DNA of 32,000 nucleotides from NCBI GenBank assembly GCA_965219535.1, contig CBDCNV010000001.1:1620001-1652000 (forward strand). Direction: 5' to 3'. This stretch comes from Opitutales bacterium. Lineage in GTDB: Bacteria > Verrucomicrobiota > Verrucomicrobiia > Opitutales > PNEW01. Position numbers and translations under genes: made by a program. The notes under the pieces were generated by a model that did no database searches, had not been told where the DNA came from, and worked only from the letters and a program-made list of their open reading frames with translations. Shown piece after piece: positions 28,341-32,000 of the stretch (position 1 is the first letter of the stretch; each line of letters begins with the position of its first letter).

Positions 28341-30827
28341 ATGGAACCGATGAATAATTTTACCCCGCGTGCACAACAAGTGCTGGCGTTGGCACGGAAA
28401 GAAGCTGACAGGTTCCACCATAATTATGTTGGAACTGAACACCTCCTGCTCGGGTTGATAAACCTGGGCCAGGGAGTTGCTGTAAATGTCTTACAGAAGA
28501 TGGGCTTGGACCTTGAAACGGTGCGCACTGCTGTCGAAAAGCAAGTGGGCACAGGACCAGAGTCAAAACCATCCGGTAATATCCCGTACACCCCTCGCGT
28601 GAAAAAAGTTTTGGCCCTTGCTGGTAAAGAGGCAAAGGCTTTAAATCATAGTTATGTAGGGACTGAACATATTCTGCTCGGTCTACTACGTGAAGGGGAC
28701 GGTGTCGCGGCGCGCGTGTTGAAAACACTGGATGTCGACATTGAACGCTGCCGCAATGAGATACTGAGTGAATTAGACCCGAGTTTTTCTGGTGAACAGG
28801 ACGAACCGGTAACTTCTTCTACCGGAGCAACGGGAGAAGAAAAAAAAGACGTCAAGACACCTGCGCTCAAAGCCTTTGGCCGTGACCTCACCGAACTTGC
28901 GCGCAATAATGAACTGGATCCAGTAATCGGTCGTAAAGATGAAATCCGCCGCGTCATTCAAGTGCTTTGTCGCCGGACGAAAAACAATCCTGTTCTCATT
29001 GGTGAAGCCGGGGTGGGGAAGACTGCGATTGTCGAAGGTCTGGCCCAGGAAATTGCTTCTGGAATTGTTCCCGAACTTCTCGTCGATCGCCGAGTGATTA
29101 CTCTCGATCTCGCACTGATGGTAGCGGGAACGAAATACCGCGGTCAATTTGAAGAGCGTATCAAAGCTGTGATGGATGAGATACGACGGGCTAAAAACAT
29201 TATTATTTTTATCGACGAGCTGCATACGATTGTCGGTGCTGGAGCTGCCGAGGGTGCGATGGATGCTTCAAATATTTTTAAACCGGCTCTCTCTCGGGGT
29301 GAGTTGCAGTGCATAGGAGCGACTACACTTTCTGAGTACCGCAAGTATATTGAAAAAGACAGTGCTCTTGACCGCCGTTTTCAAAGCGTAATGGTGGAAG
29401 CTCCCTCAGTTGAGGAGACAATTCAAATACTCCATGGTTTAAGGTCCAGGTACGAAGAACATCACAAGGTGGTCTACACCGAAAAAGCGATCGAGGTATC
29501 AGCTAAGCTGTCCGATCGTTATATTACAGGCCGTTATCTTCCCGATAAGGCTATCGACGTTCTTGACGAATCGGGCGCGCGGGCGCGTATTGATTCGCTC
29601 AACCGGCCGCCCGAAGTCGAAGATTTGGCGAAGAAAATTGAGGAAATTTGCGCGAAAAAAGAAGAATCGATCAGTAAGCAGCATTTTGAGGAAGCGGCAA
29701 AATACCGCGATAAAGAGAAGCAGCTTCGAGCTGAGCGCGAGCAGATGATTGAAAATTGGAAAAAGACGCGTGAAGAGACGACGATTACGGTCGATGAAGA
29801 TGATATGCTTCAAGTGGTGTCTGGTTGGACGGGCATACCACTCAGCCGAATGGAAGAAAAAGAAACGGAAAAGTTGCTCAAGCTGGAGAGCGAATTACAG
29901 GAAGATGTTATTGGGCAGGATTTGGCGACCGAAATTATTGCGAAGGCGCTTCGCCGTTCACGCGCGGATTTAAAAGACCCGCGTCGACCGATTGGTTCGT
30001 TCATGTTTTTAGGGCCTACCGGTGTTGGCAAGACCCACCTCGCAAAAATTTTGGCGGAAAAAATGTTTGGCGATCAGGACGCTATTGTGCAGATCGATAT
30101 GTCCGAATATATGGAAAAATTCTCCGTCTCGCGCCTGATTGGTTCACCTCCCGGGTATGTGGGCTATGAAGAAGGTGGTCAACTTACGGAAACCGTAAGA
30201 CGAAAACCCTATTGCATTGTCCTTTTCGATGAGATCGAAAAAGCGCACCCTGATGTCGTGCAGCTTCTCCTGCAAGTCTTTGAGGACGGTCGGTTGACGG
30301 ATAGTCTGGGCCGTACCGTAGATTTTAGAAACACGATCATTATCATGACCTCCAATGTTGGAGCGCAGCAGATACAGAAGGGCGGCTCGCTCGGGTTTGG
30401 CACCGATGACGACAGCTGTATGAGTGATTATGAAAAAATTAAGGAAAAAATACTCGAGGAATCAAAACGTGTATTTAAGCCGGAGTTTCTTAATCGAATA
30501 AATGACATGGTGATTTTCCACAGTCTCAATCGTGAGCACTTAATGAAAATTGTCGGGTTGGAGTTAATCAAAGTAGCCAAGCGATTAATCGAACATGATA
30601 TTCAACTTGAAGTAAGTGATGAAGCAAAATATTTTCTCATCGATAAAGGTTATGATGAGAAGTATGGTGCTCGACCCTTACGACGGGCAGTAGAAAGATA
30701 TCTGGAAGATCCCCTCGCCGAAGCCATTCTACGTGGTGATTTAAAGAAAAATGAGCTGATTACGGTCATTGTTGAAGATGATCATTTAGACTTCACCCAG
30801 GATCAACCCGCGTCGAGTGTGTCTTAA
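28341..30827 (+). CDS. clpC: ATP-dependent Clp protease ATP-binding subunit ClpC (class I AAA+)
   Basis: 828-aa ORF with a double Clp-N repeat ([10 protein letters not shown] / [10 protein letters not shown]), Walker A motifs GEAGVGKT and GPTGVGKT, a UVR linker ([18 protein letters not shown]) and a C-terminal D2-small domain. Confidence 0.95.
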   Translation: MEPMNNFTPRAQQVLALARKEADRFHHNYVGTEHLLLGLINLGQGVAVNVLQKMGLDLETVRTAVEKQVGTGPESKPSGNIPYTPRVKKVLALAGKEAKALNHSYVGTEHILLGLLREGDGVAARVLKTLDVDIERCRNEILSELDPSFSGEQDEPVTSSTGATGEEKKDVKTPALKAFGRDLTELARNNELDPVIGRKDEIRRVIQVLCRRTKNNPVLIGEAGVGKTAIVEGLAQEIASGIVPELLVDRRVITLDLALMVAGTKYRGQFEERIKAVMDEIRRAKNIIIFIDELHTIVGAGAAEGAMDASNIFKPALSRGELQCIGATTLSEYRKYIEKDSALDRRFQSVMVEAPSVEETIQILHGLRSRYEEHHKVVYTEKAIEVSAKLSDRYITGRYLPDKAIDVLDESGARARIDSLNRPPEVEDLAKKIEEICAKKEESISKQHFEEAAKYRDKEKQLRAEREQMIENWKKTREETTITVDEDDMLQVVSGWTGIPLSRMEEKETEKLLKLESELQEDVIGQDLATEIIAKALRRSRADLKDPRRPIGSFMFLGPTGVGKTHLAKILAEKMFGDQDAIVQIDMSEYMEKFSVSRLIGSPPGYVGYEEGGQLTETVRRKPYCIVLFDEIEKAHPDVVQLLLQVFEDGRLTDSLGRTVDFRNTIIIMTSNVGAQQIQKGGSLGFGTDDDSCMSDYEKIKEKILEESKRVFKPEFLNRINDMVIFHSLNREHLMKIVGLELIKVAKRLIEHDIQLEVSDEAKYFLIDKGYDEKYGARPLRRAVERYLEDPLAEAILRGDLKKNELITVIVEDDHLDFTQDQPASSVS

Positions 30828-30851
30828 GTATAACTGAGTTTTATTTTAAAT

Positions 30852-30881
30852 AAACCGCGCTGCATTTCCAGAGCGCGGTTT
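30852..30881 (+). terminator. Rho-independent terminator of the mcsA-mcsB-clpC operon
   Basis: 10-bp stem aaaccgcgct-gcatttccag-agcgcggttt followed by attatt, 25 nt after the clpC stop. Confidence 0.7.
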
Positions 30882-30992
30882 ATTATTGGAGTGAAATCTG
30901 GATCTACGCTTATAATAGAAATATTTATCGGCATCGATCTGCCTGGAGAACATTCTACGTAAATCGCGGTCAGTTGAGATACTAATGAACGA

Positions 30993-32000
30993 ATGAATAG
31001 CCGCCTGGCATATGTAGGATTAATTTTATGGGGTAGCATTTTTCCTGCCTCCGCATCCCTGAATCTTGATTCGCCCTATGGATCAGGGAGCGACAGGATT
31101 GTCGAATTCGCTGCTGATGAGGGTTGGACAGCTGTAACTCCGCTACTAACAGATAAAGCATTCGAAGCTTATGAGAATGGTGAGAAAACAGCTGTAAACT
31201 GGTATTATCTTTCACGATGGGCGGATCTTTTAGCGTCCAACGAAGGGGATGTCGTAAGTGCTTGGATTGACGCGATTGATAAAGCCAGGTTGGGACATAA
31301 AAATATGGCTCAACGCTATACTCTGTATAAACGACCATTAAATAGCCATTTCTCGCTCTCCCTGCAAAAAGTTTTACTTGGAGATTTTGCATTTTCTCGG
31401 GAGTTTTTTGATCTACTTTCCCCGTATGATTATCTACCCGGCGTCCTTCAGATCCTTAATCATCTTCATAAAAAAAACCGAAAATATTTTTATGAATACC
31501 GTCGGTTAGCACTCGCCATTGCCGTTGTTTATGATGTGCCCCCGCCTCCGGGATGGCCTCATTTCCAGGTTCCTGATTCAATCCTTCCACGTGAATTACC
31601 GGATATTGATACAGCGTTCGACTACTGGGTAGAACTTAATGAAAGGGCGCAATGTCCTTACGATCTCTCCAAAATGTCCGTGGAAGAACTTAAATTTCTC
31701 GTCGATACGCCGGCCATCGATGATTTTCAATGGGTGCAGGAAAATATTCATAACAAACCCGAGAAATTTGCCGAAGTCTATAGTCGCATCAACTATCGCT
31801 TCGATCGAGTATCGAGTAACCAATTCATATGGCGCGGAAAGGATTACCAACTTAAAACAATACTTAATTACGGGGGAATCTGTGTCGATCAAGCGTACTT
31901 TGCGGCACAGGCAGGTAAAGCAAAAGGTATTCCCACCCTCGTCTTTCGCGGTGCGGGGATGGATGGCCGGCATGCATGGTTTGGTTTTATGCCGGATAAA
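30993..32000 (+). CDS. Secreted transglutaminase-like (Cys-protease-fold) domain protein, 3'-partial (runs off the right edge)
   Basis: Hand translation from ATG 30993 gives exactly 336 uninterrupted codons to the window end: MNSRLAYVGLILWGSIFPASASL (signal peptide) ... NYGGICVDQAYFAAQAGKAKGIPTLVFRGAGMDGRHAWFGF (transglutaminase-core Cys...His motif). It is not in the ORF track; the minus-strand track ORFs 30982-31392 and 31596-31973 are antisense artefacts. Confidence 0.8.
   Translation, partial: MNSRLAYVGLILWGSIFPASASLNLDSPYGSGSDRIVEFAADEGWTAVTPLLTDKAFEAYENGEKTAVNWYYLSRWADLLASNEGDVVSAWIDAIDKARLGHKNMAQRYTLYKRPLNSHFSLSLQKVLLGDFAFSREFFDLLSPYDYLPGVLQILNHLHKKNRKYFYEYRRLALAIAVVYDVPPPPGWPHFQVPDSILPRELPDIDTAFDYWVELNERAQCPYDLSKMSVEELKFLVDTPAIDDFQWVQENIHNKPEKFAEVYSRINYRFDRVSSNQFIWRGKDYQLKTILNYGGICVDQAYFAAQAGKAKGIPTLVFRGAGMDGRHAWFGFMPDK

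Noticed and set aside
30982-31973. Track ORFs 30982-31392 and 31596-31973 (minus)
   Set aside because: They are antisense to the 336-codon plus-strand frame that has a signal peptide and a transglutaminase-core motif.

Overview
This is a 32-kb chromosomal window. The gene content (formylglycine-type sulfatase, three PhyH-type dioxygenases, ThuA, Gfo/Idh/MocA, DUF2961/GH172, an Ig-like secreted protein, mcsA-mcsB-clpC) suggests a marine PVC-group bacterium, but that is inference only. There are three blocks. (i) 1-10014 is mostly minus-strand accessory metabolism: a polytopic membrane protein, PhyH, sulfatase-HEAT, katG (plus strand), a TauE-like permease, a membrane desaturase and a second PhyH. 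(ii) A tmRNA gene (10311-10666) is followed by about 11.4 kb bracketed by a direct repeat of the tmRNA 3' end (10638-10666 and 21996-22024). This stretch is a patchwork. It holds two stand-alone GIY-YIG nuclease cassettes framed by structured repeats, a ~750-aa secreted Ig-like protein, ThuA, an orphan family-5 solute-binding protein, PhyH, Gfo/Idh/MocA, and at least five truncated or frameshifted gene remnants. I could not recognise an integrase in it. (iii) 22509-32000 is plus-strand and core-like: SSS transporter + GH172/PA14, ilvE, mcsA-mcsB-clpC, and a secreted transglutaminase-like protein. Two long ORFs that run off the window edges (1-1388 minus; 30993-32000 plus) are missing from the supplied ORF track and were found by hand translation. 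No CRISPR array, rRNA or complete tRNA was seen. The most unusual signal is the apparently integrase-less tmRNA-flank hotspot, with repeat-framed GIY-YIG cassettes and an att-like core sitting at a gene truncation point. All similarity statements come from reading the sequence by eye; no database search was run.
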